64,000 bases of DNA from Neodothiora populina (GCF_041146345.1 NW_027191409.1:1612001-1676000), one strand, 5' to 3'. Numbered from the stretch's first letter, positions 12,344 to 25,635 are shown. Numbers and translations are program-made. Notes: generated from the sequence alone by a model not told the origin.

Positions 12344-13742
12344 TCAGGAGGGCAATATCCAGGTCTCATCTCCGCACAATCCCATACTCTCCGTGAATGC
12401 ATCTAATCGGTCCAGCATCCAACCAGACTGGACGATTCTGCCTCCGCCCTGCACCGTTTCATGACCCAGCTTGAAAGTAGAAGACATCGAACATCCGCTG
12501 GACGAGTATCGGAACTGCATGCATTCCTGCTGCTTTTCACATGCAGACCGGCATTCTTCGACTGATGTGATGTGTGCTTCGCTGCCATTGACAGGTATCA
12601 TCACGTTCGACAGGTTATCCCAGTCTTCACGCGTTAATGCAAGCCTTGGAACGATGTAGTGCTCGAAGACATCTTTGTGACGCAAGAGTGGTTGTCCCTA
12701 AATGTCTCAGACATTGCCTCTTAGGTAGACCATCCTGACTTACTGCCTTGTTCCAAGCCTTCTCAAACTCCCAGAATTCGACAAAATCCTTCGGCGATAG
12801 GTGATGAAAGCTGACAGCCTCGTGAGACCAAAGTGTCTTGCCAAAATGTACCACGCCGATATCTATGTTCTTAGGTCGATCACCTTGCAGGTGCGGCCAT
12901 GCCCAAGTCATCGGAATCCCTGCGTCGCTCATCGCCTTTCCCAAGACGCAATCACCTGCGATTTGTGTAGAGGTGAAATTGTTGTACATCGCCGCGTGCT
13001 GATCGCGTTGCTCCGAGACCATCTGAGCCGCAAAGTTCGAGAGGACTATACCAGAGCCTCCGTGCGCAAACAAAACATCCAGGACCTGAGTTTCGCTCCC
13101 AAGATAGTGAGGTTTAGATGGGTCAAGTCGCGAGAGCCAATCAACAAGGTTCGGCCACACAATGTAGGTATCTGCTTCTATGACGACGAACCATTTGGAC
13201 TCTGGTCCGTGTAAGAAAGCCTTCTCAACCAGCGGTAGAAACTTCCACTTGTCGAGGCGCTAGGCTGGGTTATCCATGATACCTGTTGCTGTATTCGTTG
13301 CTGTCGCCCACCTCTTCAATTCGGATGGTTGGAAGGCTTTGCGGCCCTGCTCTTGCAACTGGTTGTAGAAGATGAAGTCTGCATTCGTACTTTTGATGTC
13401 TTCGTCAATGTCTTCAAGCACATCATAAACGTGATGACCCTCGACCTCCTCTTCAAGGTCTGAATATATCACGAGGTTAGGAACGCAGCGCAATGTTGTT
13501 CTGAGCTGCACCGGCAGTTTCTCTTCGATCTCGGTCGCCCCAGTCTTCAAGATTACCAAGGTATCTTCTAGCTCTGGCAAACATATACAGGTCGTCTCGT
13601 CACTTGCTCCCCATAAATCAAAGAGGCTCGTGTTCGAACTCGGCGACAAATGCCAGACTTGTACTAACATCACTAATAACAAGAGAGCGGATAAGAGAAA
13701 TGTCTTATGGCGAAGAAAAGATGGACAAGTCGTCAGCGACAT
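12344..13742 (-). pseudogene. GT31 (fringe-like glycosyltransferase) with a single in-frame TAG
   Basis: N-terminal TM; motifs LKTGATE, LDKWKFLP, WFVVIEADTY, FAHGGSG, AGDCVLG, SFHH; Cys-rich C-terminus. TAG at 13260-13262 in DNPA*RLDKWKF. Intron 12698-12743. Confidence 0.85.
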
Positions 13743-14312
13743 GCTAAGAGACGAAAGAATGTATGATGCGATATAGGGGTAAAAATCAGGAAGAGCTCTT
13801 ATCAATTCTATATACAACAAGACTGGGCCCCGTCCGTTGAGAGTGATACTATTATCAGCATCGTCGAGTGTTTCTGTCTTCAACTAGATGATGTCGGCGC
13901 TAAATGGTACTATGGCGCTTACATAGGTCATGCGTTGGGTGTCTGATCATTTTATCCAAAACACTCGCAAATTCCGCTCTCAGCATAGTCATTGCCAGCC
14001 CCCGACGCCGACCTCGTCTCGTTGATGATACTTAGCGCCCACATCTTTAGGTAGCAGGTCTCTGATCGTTTGTACATCTCCTTGACTTATGAGAAAATCT
14101 TAGGAAGAAATGGAAATACACTCTTCATCCCCACTAGCTTTCGTTCTGGTTGTAAGCGCGCGCTTATAGCCTAATGATCCAACTGCTCATCACAGTACAA
14201 CAGCGAAATGCCTGGTGATATCTATACTGTTTTGCCTAACTGTAGTAGAAGGTCATGGTCTTATCATGCTTGTATGTGATCCAGTTCTGTACACACAAGT
14301 TAGTCGCCAAAT

Positions 14313-15331
14313 ATGCTGCTTCTACTCACACTGCTGGTGTACTTTATGGAGCTAGTTCTCGGAGGCTATCCACTGCCTCTACCAGGCAACGCACCTCTGG
14401 TATACACAGATGGCAGATTCGATGAGCCAGATGGACTCGTTATTACATACGCAGTGGGAACAACGCTGGATGCTAGTTGGACCACGACCTATGGGAAATC
14501 TAATCTGTGGCTCAGTGCAGGGTTGGACTTCACCTCGCCGACTTCTCTAGCTGGTGAGTTTCTCGATGTGGTTGCTTATATCCATGGTTCCTGTAAATTT
14601 ACTAATGCAGAACCTGGTGTGTTAGTTAATAGTGCCCAAAAGTGGTATCTGTGGACCGTAAATGCGATTTCTTGAATGCTTCTGAGATCTACGTCCTGCG
14701 AGTCGTCAATGCTCTCGGCACAGAGTACGAGCAGAAGCGGGATGGATTCATGAGCGCAACCCTCTACGTCCGTCCCATGGAGGCGGTTGCTTCGTCGAGT
14801 GGCTTGTTGGGACCAACATCTACATTATCGCCATCGGTCGAATTGTCAGGCCAGTCCGTGCTGGGGTCAAGTCTGAACTTAGTATCGTCCATGAACACTG
14901 ACATGGGGACCTCCTCAAAAACGCAAGTGGTCACGCCTACTGGAGCCGTGGATGCCGCCGCCAGCGGTGAATTTACATCACGAGATCCTACACTACCGTC
15001 CCTGCCTACAGCGACGGCCTCGGCAGCCGACGTGCACCCCTCTCTAAGCACGGGTGCAAAAGCCGGAATCGGGGTGGGAGTGAGTCTAAGTGCCGCAGGT
15101 CTTATCATGTTGATCGCAGGTGTATGGTCCTGGAGAAGGAGGAGAGCCTGGAAAGGTAAGAGATTGGAGGATATAGACAATTCCACGTGTTGGAGCCGAA
15201 GCAAAATCTCGAGGTATGCGCCTGGAAAACAAGAAAATGGACCGGTCGGTCTAGGTTTCTACCTGCCGTCACCACGAGAGCTGGGGACTGATCCTAAAAC
15301 TCCGCACGAACTGATCGGGTCGTGGCGTTAG
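14313..15331 (+). pseudogene. Signal-peptide, Ser/Thr-rich single-pass membrane protein (Mid2/SKG6-like TM), probable frameshift
   Basis: Hydrophobic N-terminus, intron from 14554, S/T-rich stalk, TM LSTGAKAGIGVGVSLSAAGLIMLIAGVWSW followed by RRRR. The frame changes near 14660 (WYLWTV / KCDFLNASEIY). Confidence 0.6.
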
Positions 15332-16004
15332 ATCTTGCGACTTGCCAAAACTTGTCGAGGGTTTGGAGGCATTAGCAGGACCAGAAGCAAAACAAAAGTA
15401 AAACGTACAGCAGCTGGGATTCCCACGTGGTCACCCACCGTAGTACTAATCAGCCGGTCAACTGCTTATGTCTGGCAGAGCGGACGGGATGCCCAGTTCT
15501 CAGCTGCCTGTGGCCGTACGTGGGTTGTACAAAGTTCGCATCGAATATATACTTGAATAAAAAGAAAGTGAATGCCCCTCGACATGCCCAGCTTTAGCCT
15601 TTTGATTTGCCATTTGAGATATCCTACGGAACACTTGTGCTAGTCACTCACCGATTTGCCTTGACGCAATGACCGATCACGGAACACTTGGCGGAAGACG
15701 TATGGCCAGGCCAGGATGGCCAGCTGCGAACATTTGGGCAACGGCATTAAGTACAATCCAGAGAAGTTGAAGAAGTTGAGTTGGAATTATATACTAATCA
15801 AGCCATGCAAACATCAAAAATACAAGCATCATTCGTGCCTACTAGCGCCGGGTCATGCAAGAGATGTTGATGTTCTGTAAAGGACTGATTTCGCGAGCAA
15901 GGCGAAATGGTAGAGGTAGATGTGTTTGAAGCCGAAATGAGGCAGGCCACAGTGAAGTTGGCTTGCTGAGAAGTAAGCAGCGCTTTTTTTTTCGTTACAC
16001 CACT

Positions 16005-16956
16005 TTACATGAAGTCGTCGCTAGTGTGTCAAGTCAGCACTGAGAAAAACGAGTGTGATGATCATCAGAACTAAAAACTTACTCGTCGAGGCCGTCATCG
16101 TATGCAGCCGTGTCCACTCTATCAGCCATGCCACGTCCACCGGCAAGACTGGTCTTGGTCTTTGCAGCCTTGGTCTTCTTACCACCCTTTTCTGCAGCCT
16201 TCTCCTCCTTCATCTTCTCGTTGGACAAGGTGGTGAGACCACTGGCGATCTTCTTGATCTGGTCGCTGGGAAGCTCCTTGACGATCTGCTTGGTGAATTC
16301 TTGCATGAAGAGGGTGTACTGTGCCTTCTTCGCGTTCTTGGCGAGAAGAGGAGCGAGAGTATCACGCAGCTGAGTGAATTGATCCTTGGTGTTGGGGTTG
16401 AAGAGGGCGAGAGTGGAAAGATCGATGGTCTCTCCAGAATCATCGTCCTGGACAGTGATGTGCTTGCCTGCCGCGCGGTTGCTGGACACACCGATGCCGT
16501 CGAAAAGGTCCTCGGCGTGCTTGAGGTCGGACTCGATCTGTTCGGCACGTAGTCTGGCACGACGGTCGGCCTCGTCCTCTTCGCTGTCGTCCTCTTCCTC
16601 CTCGTTGGCCAGTCTTCGCCTCAGGTTCTCTTGCCGCCTCTCCTCGATCCTTTGCGACTTGGACTTGTGGTTCTTCTTGGCTTCCTCTGCGGCTTTTTGC
16701 TTGGCCTCCTCTGCCTTTTTGGCCTTCTCCCTCTCTACCTCAGAGTCCTCGGCGGCGTCCCACGAGTCCAGGACGTCATCCTCCTCCTCGTCGTCGAATC
16801 GGCCGCGACGCACGACAATCTGGGGAGAAGAGGGAGTCTCGTTCTCAGACTCTTCGTCGTCTGTGAGAGTCAAGGGTTAGATCTGACATGCATCTTTGGT
16901 GTTTTGTTCTTGCGCAAAGTGAAGAGAGATGACGCACCCCATGATCCACCGGCCAT
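16005..16956 (-). CDS. HCR1: Eukaryotic translation initiation factor 3 subunit J
   Basis: MAGGSW/DDEESE..RFDDEEEDDVLDSWD..ESDLKHAEDLF..IKKIASGLTTLSNEKMKEEK..DDDFM. Three exons. Confidence 0.95.
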
Positions 16957-17729
16957 GTTTGCTGATTTGGAGTGAGTCGACAGGTGAGTATCCGTACAGA
17001 GTCAACGGATGTATGCTTTGCGCGAGCACTGCTGGTGTTGTGGAGAAGAGCGTAGACTGCGAGAGCGAGATGGCAGATGGAATGTGAACAACAATACGAG
17101 GGGTAAATGGATCTTTTGGTGGGCTGTAGGGAAAAAGTTGGTTGGCTTGTGATTCTTGCCCGATTCGGATTCGTGCCCGACCGCCAGAGTCTGTGGGAGG
17201 GTCCGTGCGTGGAATTGCGTAGACTCAGTCAACTGTTAATTGAGGAAGTTTGGAGAGTCAGAGCCAAGACCCCCAAGTGAAGTGTCACCGTCATGTCCCT
17301 GAGGCATCCGTGCTGCTTCTATTGGATGAAACGATTGGCTGCAGCCATGGCAAGCTGGCCTGGCCTATTGAGCTGCACTCCCCAGTTCTTTGGTCCCAAA
17401 CTACTCGTAATCCGACACTTGTGCAGAGAGACCTGGAGGAAACAAGCAGTGCAAGTGTGCATCAGCATCAGCATCAGCAATCAAACATCACTTCTGTCTT
17501 CCTCTCTCCCTCCTTTCACCCACTCTTGGATTTAATCATAACCGCTACCCCCTCTAATCTGACGCTGTTACGATTCTCATTGCCAATCGCCTCACGCGCG
17601 TTGTTTGTATCATATTCAATCCTCACTGTCGGGCTCTCGGCGCCCTGAAAGTACAGTAAAGTACAGCTTCCTTCCCGCTCTTACTTGTTGTTACCTACTC
17701 CTGAGGTCGGATGAGATCGCACCGCGACA
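16957..17729. promoter_or_regulatory. Divergent (bidirectional) promoter region between eIF3j and clathrin heavy chain
   Basis: Head-to-head start codons 773 bp apart, with CT-rich tracts before CHC1. Confidence 0.55.
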
Positions 17730-20700
17730 ATGGCGCCTCTCCCTATCAAGTTCACCGAGCTCCTCCAGGTATGTATATATTCCCATCGAGTTGCTGAGCT
17801 CATCCTCCGTGCGACGACACCCGCTAACATTGCTGTAGCTCTCATCAGCTGGAATTGAAGTAAGTATAATAGCGACTGCCCCCATTTCACACACCACTAG
17901 GCAGCACTCTGGTGTCGTGCGCCTTCCGTTCTCGTACTGACCGTGTCTTCACCGCTTGTAGCAATCAGCAATCAGTTTCAGCTCATGTGTAAGTCAATGC
18001 CTATAGCCTCCGACCCCTTCTTCTGTACCTCGTTCGCCCGCTCACCATCATCCTCCTTCACAGACATTAGAGTCAGATTACTACGTCTGTGTGCGCCAGC
18101 AATTGCCCGAGGCCACGCAGCCCGAAGTGGTCATAATCAACCTCAAAAACAACAATGCCGTCACACGCCGCCCCATCAGAGCCGACAGTGCCATCATGCA
18201 CTGGACGCGGGAGGTCGTCGCCTTGAGGGCGCAACAACGCGTCCTTCAGATCTTCGACCTCGCTTCTAAGAGCAAGCTCAAATCTACCAGCATGCAAGAG
18301 GATGTCGTCTTCTGGAAGTGGTTCAGCGAAAAGAGCTTGGGTCTCGTCACCACCAACGCCGTCTACCACTGGGATGTCTTCGATCCCGCTCAGGCCGAGC
18401 CCAAGAAGATGTTTGACCGCCACAGCGAGCTCAGCGGCTGCCAGATCATCAGCTACAGGGTCAGCGAAGACGAGAAGTGGTGCGTTCTCATTGGCATTTC
18501 CCAGGTCCAGGGACGTGTTGTCGGAACCATGCAGCTCTTCTCCGTCGACCGCGGTGTCAGCCAGAAGATCGAGGGTCATGCCGCTTCCTTTGGCAAGATC
18601 AGACTCGAGGGCGCCCCTGCCGACACCAAGCTCTTCACCTTCTGCAACAGGACTCCCACCGGCGCCAAGCTACACATCATCGAGATTGACCATCAGCAAG
18701 GCAACCCTGTGTTCCCCAAGAAGGCCATGGATGTCTTCTTCCCCGCCGAGGCGACCAACGACTTCCCTGTCGCAGTGCAGATTGCGGACAGGTACAAGAT
18801 CATCTACATGGTCACCAAGTACGGCTTCATCCACCTTTACGACCTCGAGACCGGTTCTGCGATCTTCATGAACAGAATATCCAGCGACACCGTCTTCACC
18901 TGCGCTTCCGATGTCGACTCGACGGGCATTCTTGCCGTCAACCGCAAGGGACAAGTGCTTCAGGTCAGCTTGGACGAGCAGAACGTCATCCCCTTTCTGT
19001 TGGAGAACCCGGAGAATGCACAGGTCGCCTACAAGCTCGCCTCTCGTGGCGGTCTAGCTGGAGCCGAGTCGATCTACCAGCAGCAGTTCGAGTACCAACT
19101 CACCAACGGTCAGTATGCTGAGGCTGCAAAGACGGCTGCGAACTCGCCCCAGGGCTTCCTTCGCACACCACAGACCATTGAACGCTTCAAGTCTGTTCCT
19201 GCTCAGCAAGGCGCTCTGTCCGTCATCTTGCAGTACTTCGGTATGCTCCTTGACCAAGGCAAGCTGAATCAGCACGAGACCATCGAGTTGGCGAGACCTG
19301 TCCTCGCCCAGAACCGCAAGCACCTCTTGGAGAAATGGATGTCTGAGGGCAAACTTGGCTGCTCCGAGCAGCTCGGTGACCTTGTCCGACCCTACGACCT
19401 AAATCTGGCCAGTCAGATCTACAAGGAGGCTGGTGTCTCACAAAAGGTCATTGCCGCCATGGCTGAGTCTGGAAACTTTGAGCAGATTATTCCCTACTCG
19501 AAAGAGACTGGCTACACCCCCGATTTCAATGGCCTACTCCAGCACATTATTAGAGTGAACCCGGAGAAGGGAGCCGAATTCGCAACTGCCTTGGCAAAGG
19601 AGGACGCTGGACTGATCGATACCGGCCGCGTGCTCGACGTCTTCCAGTCTCAGGGTCTGATCCAGCAGGCTACCGCTTTTGGACTGGATGTCCTTTCAGC
19701 TAATAGGGAAGAGGACGGTCCTCTCCAGACTCGTCTTATCGAGATGAACCTCATGAACGCTCCTCAAGTCGCAGATGCTATTCTAGGAAACGAGATGTTC
19801 ACTCACTACGACCGCGCACGCGTCGGCCAGCTCTGTGAGCAGGCAGGTCTGATGACCAGGGCTCTGGAGCACTACACCGACCCAGCCTCTGTCAAGCGTG
19901 TGATTGTCCAGACCGACAAGATTCCTGAAGAGTTCCTCATTGCCTACTTTGGCAACCTCACTGTCGATTTGGCTCTCGAGTGCTTGGACGAGATGATGAA
20001 GTTCAACATCCGCCAGAACCTCCAGGCTGTCGTCAACATCTCAAAGAAGTACTCGGATTTGTTCGAACCCCACCGCATCATCGACCTGCTCGAGAAGTAC
20101 AAGACCGCCGAGGGTCTGTACTTTTACCTCGGCAGCATTGTCAACGTGGCTCAGGACAAGGAGGTCACGTTCAAGTACATCGAGGCCGCTACAAGAATGG
20201 GACAGATGCAGGAAGTCGAGAGAATCTGTCGCGAGAGTGACTACTACGATCCGGAGAAGATGAAGAACTTCCTCAAGGAGGCCAATCTCACCGATCAACT
20301 ACCTCTTATCATTGTTTGCGACCGTTTCGATCTCGTCCACGACCTTGTCTTGTTCCTTTACAAGAACCAGCAATTCAAATCGATCGAGGTCTACGTGCAG
20401 CGCGTCAACCCGAGCAGGACTCCTGGTGTCATCGCAGGTCTGCTCGATGTCGACTGTGATGAAAACATCATCAAGGGTCTTCTCGCATCTGTGCCGCCTG
20501 AGATGATCCCCGTGGGACAGCTTGTCCAAGAGGTCGAGACTCGCAATCGTCTCAAGCTCCTCCTTCCTTTCCTCGAGAGCCTGCTTGCTCGCGGTGTCGA
20601 CGATCAGGCCATCTACAACGCCCTTGCCAAGATTTACATCGACAGCAACAACGACCCTGAGAAATTCCTTAAGGAGAACGATCAGTACAACACCCTCGAG

Positions 20701-23093
20701 GTGGGTAAGTATTGCGAGAAGCGTGATCCCAACCTGGCTTTCATTGCCTACAGCAAGGGTCAGAACGATCTCGAGCTGATCAACATCACCAACGAGAACT
20801 CTATGTTCAGGGCTCAGGCTCGCTACCTCCTCGAGCGTGGTGATATGGAGATCTGGAGCTTTGTCCTCAGTGCCAACAACATGCACCGCCGCTCCGTTGT
20901 CGACCAACTCATTGCGACTGCCGTGCCGGAGGCACAGGACCCTGCAAAGATTGCTCTTGTCGTGCAGGCCCTTATCGATGCTGATATGCCCAGTGAGTTG
21001 ATTGAGCTCCTTGAGAAGATTATCCTTGAGCCTTCGACTTTCAGCGACAACACCACCCTGCAGAACCTCCTTATCCTCACTGCCTGCAAGTCTGATCGTG
21101 CTCGTGTCTCTGGTTACATTCAGAATCTCGATGCATACACTCCTGACGAGATCGCGACTCAGTGTATCGAGGTTGGCATGTACGAGGAGGCCTTTGAGAT
21201 CTACAAGAAGGACAAGAACTACCTCGCCGCAAGCAACGTCCTCGTCGACCATGTTGTGTCAATAGACCGTGCCAGCGACTTCGCCGAGGAGGTCGACCTT
21301 CCTGAGGTTTGGAGTAAGGTCGCCAAGGCTCAACTGGATGGTCTTCGCGTTGGCGATTCAGTCGAGTCCTACATCCGTGCAGGTGATCCATCGAACTACA
21401 ACGAGGTCATCGAGACTGCCACTCACGCTGGCAAGGACGAGGAGCTCATCAAGTATCTGCGCATGGCACGCAAGACCCTGCGTGAGCCTGCAATTGACAC
21501 CGGTCTCGCTTTCTGCTTCGCTCGCACCAACCAGTTGCCTGAGCTCGAAGAGTTCCTCCGCGCTTCTAACGTTGCAGATGTCGAAGTTTCGGGAGACAAG
21601 GCGTACGAAGAGGGTTACCACGAGGCCGCCAAGATCTTCTACACCAGCATCTCGAACTGGGCCAAGCTTGCCACCACGCTCGTCCACCTTGAGGACTACC
21701 AAGGTGCAGTCGAGTGCGCGCGCAAGGCGAACAGTGTCAAGGTGTGGAAGCAGGTCAACGAAGCCTGTGTGGCCAAGAAGGAGTTCCGCCTGGCGCAGAT
21801 TTGCGGTCTCAACCTGATCGTCCATGCCGACGAACTTGCAGACCTTGTCAAGCAATACGAGTGGAATGGCTACTTTGATGAGCTCATCTCCCTTCTCGAA
21901 GCTGGTCTGGGTCTTGAACGAGCTCACATGGGAATGTTCACCTCGCTGGGTGTAGCTTTGACCAAGTACCATCCAGAGCGCGTGATGGAGCACCTTCGCA
22001 TTTTCTGGGGCCGTCTGAACATCCCCAAGATGATTCGCGCCTGCGAGGAGGCTCACCTGTGGCCCGAGCTCGTCTTCCTGTACGCTCACTACGACGAATG
22101 GGACAACGCCGCTCTTGCTATGATGGAACGCGCGGCCGACGCTTGGGAGCACCACACTTTCAAGGATACCATTGTCAAGGTGGCCAACCTGGAGATCTAC
22201 TACCGCGCGCTCAACTTCTATCTGCAGGAGCAACCATCGCTACTTACGGATCTGCTCCAGGCACTGACGCCTCGTGTGGACGTGAACCGCGTCGTTCGCA
22301 TGTTCGAGAAGTCGGACAACATCCCCCTGATCAAGCCTTTCCTCCTGAATGTGCAAGCTCAGAACAAGCGGGCAGTCAACGACGCCATCAACGATCTTTT
22401 GATCGAAGAGGAAGACTACAAGACGCTCCGTGACTCGGTGGAGAATTACGACAACTACGATCACTTCACGCTGGCGCAACGTCTAGAGAAGCATAATCTC
22501 GTGTTTTTCAGACAGATCGCCGCAAACATCTACCGCAAGAACAAGAGATGGGACAAATCCATCGCCTTGTCCAAGCAAGACAAGCTGTTCAAGGACGCCA
22601 TCGAGACGGCGGCCATTTCGAACAAGGGCGAGGTCGTGGAGGAGCTTCTCCGCTACGTAAGTGACTTGGCAAGGCCCTCTTGTGATGTATCTGCTAATAT
22701 TTTGCGCTATAGTTTGTCGACATTGGCAGCCGCGAGTGCTACGTCGGTATGCTCTACGCATGCTACGACCTCATCCCTCTTCACGTGGTCATGGAGCTGT
22801 CATGGCGTCACGGACTGAACGACTTCACGATGCCATTTATGATCAACTACATGGCACAGCAGGCACAGTCTATCGACCAGCTGAAGAGAGACAACGAGGA
22901 GCGCAAGGAGAAGGAGAAGACGCAGCAGAAGGACGAGGACAACACGCCCATCCTCGGTGGATCGCGCTTGATGCTCACGCAAGGCCCGATGGGCGGCGCA
23001 CCGAGCCCAACTCCGTACGGCAATGGTGTGATGCCGCAGGCGACGGGCATGATGGCTCAGCCCACCGGTATGGGCTACGGCGGATTCCGATAG
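17730..23093 (+). CDS. CHC1: Clathrin heavy chain
   Basis: MAPLPIKFTELLQ..TLESDYYVCVRQ..RRPIRADSAIMH..CEKRDPNLA..LERAHMGMFT. Exons 17730-17768, 17839-17859, 17962-17988, 18064-22656, 22713-23093. Confidence 0.98.
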
Positions 23094-24161
23094 AGGACTT
23101 GAGATGAAAGCCTCGTGTTTAGGAGAGGTTGGCGCGGGCGGGACACGATGTATACTAGTGGTGGAGTGTTTTCATCTTGCTCTAGAACAGCTTCTGTCGT
23201 GACCCCCCATTCTCGGGTTTCCAATGACCATGGATACCTTATGCTGTCTGGCGGGGCAAGAAGGGGTCGTGTAATACAGTAGTTCATTTATTAGAATGCA
23301 GTCTACTTTTCAACATGATTGTCGTACCTAGACAGCTGCATAAGGCGTGAAGGTGTCACCAGTGAGCCTTTGCATCCGATCGGGGATGGGGATCTACATA
23401 GGAGCTTGCTGTGGGTCATTTATTTGATGATTAATCGGGGTCCAGTGGATGGTCAAGTACTCGGCAGTGGACAGGTCTCCATGACTCGGCAGTAAAGAGG
23501 TCGATGACTGCTTCCGCATGAATGGTCAAGGAATATAAACGAGCGCCATTGTAGCGCGCCTGTGGGGAAAGATTGATGAATCGAGTATTCGCGCTGGAAT
23601 GCACATGAATGTCTCGTGTTCGTTGCAGGTAGGCGAGTGACGATGACGGAGATGTACTTGTGCAGTATATCGAGTACAGTATCGTTGTATCACTAGTGAT
23701 ATAAGGCAAGGTAAGGTAAGGCTACCTTAGATTAGATGGGCAAAGGTGAGAAACAAGGGGCGAAGCGGGCTGCGGGCAGATGAATCACATGCGTTTCTCA
23801 ACCCTTGTAGCTTTCTGTCATGTGAAAGAAATATGACGAACGAGTTTAGTGTAACTCCGTAGAGAAGTGCCAGAGGTACAGTAGTAGGTAAGGTACGGGG
23901 TAAAAGGTGCAGAAAAAGAAAGATACGGCGATTCCATCATCTCAACAAGACCCTCGCGGTCTTCTTCTTCTGCTCTCGAATCCCTTTTTCCATCTCACAA
24001 ACACACACAAGGTGTCTCCTTTTTGTCGTCAGAAGTCTGAGCTCTCGAGGGCAGACAGGCGTCGTACGATTTCTTTGTTTCGGCAATACCTACCTTACCT
24101 TAGCCAGCACTCTGCAAGCCACTCCGCCATATTTTCTGTCTGTACCTTGGCTTGTCCTGAG

Positions 24162-24201
24162 TTGACTTGACTTGACTTGACTTGACTTGACTTGACTTGA
24201 C
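24162..24201. repeat. (TTGAC)8 microsatellite
   Basis: Read directly from the sequence. Confidence 0.95.
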
Positions 24202-24413
24202 GTTATCGTACCTTTGGCTTTGCTTTGCCTTTACTTTTCCAAGATTGGTGCCAACCGCTGTGCAATCCACACGCTGTCACTCACTCACTCACTCACGACA
24301 CACCCAACCCGGCCCGGCCAATCAGTCGATTCGCATCATTCCTGACCTGACCTGACCTGACCTGACCGTCGTCGACCACCTTCCACCTTCCACCTTCGTG
24401 ACTGTCAATCATC

Positions 24414-25635
24414 ATGTCGGCAGAAGGGACACCTCCTCTGCTGCGTCCCAAACCTCGCAGACCCTTTGAGATTGGTCCCTTGTCATCCACCACAACCTCT
24501 TCGTCTCAGCCGTCACCGGAACCGCACACCACCTCTCTCGACGATGAAAAGTCCACCACTGTCCCGAGCCGCAGTCGCAGTATTCTCAATCTCACATCCT
24601 CCACTCTCGCCGGTGTCTTCGGCTACCCGTCAGACCGGGACGAACCGCCCACGCCGTGGGGCAATGGCACCCAGACGCCCATTGATGGACTACGGCAGGA
24701 GCTGGGAGATCTGCTGAGCAATGGCAAGAGCATGGACGAGGCCTTGATGATGCGCAGTCGAGAGCGCAGAGGCTCCATGCTGAGCCAGTCCGCTCGACGA
24801 AGCCGCACTCTTCACAAGCCGAAAAAGACCAAGACCATCAAGGGCTACTGGATTCCTCTTTTCTTCAAGACTGCTGTACTGGCGCTGATCGGTGTGGGCT
24901 ATGGCGCTTTTATCCGTCATGTGCACGGCAGGAAGCAGTTGGCTCCCGTGCGGGTCAATGGCTTGAATCACGAATCTCCCTATTATCTTGTCTTCTGGGC
25001 CTTCATGGGCACAACACTCGGCTGGCTTATGCCCTATGTCGACAGCATCTGGAATGATGAGAACGATGATGACGAGGACGCCATTGGTGTCGGGTACAAG
25101 ACGTTGGACAACGCAAAGATGCCACAAGCCACTGGCCGATCAGGCTGGACACCTGTCTGGAACGACTTGGTCAGGACGGCTGGAGTCTTCAGTGGCATCG
25201 CATTCGCAATTGTAAGTTTTCGGTAGCCACGCCACATTGTTCGGATACTAATCTATGCTTCAGCGTCACATCCCGTGGCACTCGACTCTGCAACTCGCCC
25301 TGACTCTCACACTCTCGAATCCAACACTATGGTTTCTTCTGGACCGCAGCGCCCCCGGATTCATCCTCAGCACCACAATCGCTCTGTCAGGCACCGCCCT
25401 GATGCTGGGCATAAAGCCGGACCTCGTCCCATCACCATCTCTGTCGTCTTCCCTGTCAGCAGCTGTGAACAACAGTGCCGCAGCAGCACAATCGGCTTCG
25501 AATGCCGATCATCTGCGATCGTCGGGCCTCGTCGCCGGTCTGTTCAGTCTCGAGTCTGTCGGCGTGGCTACTTGGATCGTCACTGTTCTTTTCGTCGCCT
25601 GCGTCTGCTTTGGGAATATCGGCCGGAGGCTGTAA
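24414..25635 (+). CDS. INSIG-family (Nsg1/Ins1-like) ER membrane protein
   Basis: N-terminal RPKPRRPF and SRSILNLTSSTLAGVF; TM core VRTAGVFSGIAFAI/RHIPWHSTLQ..NPTLWFLLDRS..WIVTVLFVACVCFGNIGRRL. Intron 25212-25263. Confidence 0.9.

Noticed and set aside
8687..13742. Alternative genetic code (stop read as Trp)
   Set aside because: Housekeeping genes use TGG for Trp and end normally in TAA, TAG and TGA.
18073..22479. Long antisense ORFs over CHC1 (also over PYC, e.g. 45673-46743, and CYT1, 62797-63774)
   Set aside because: Shadow ORFs caused by strong C-ending codon bias in highly expressed genes.
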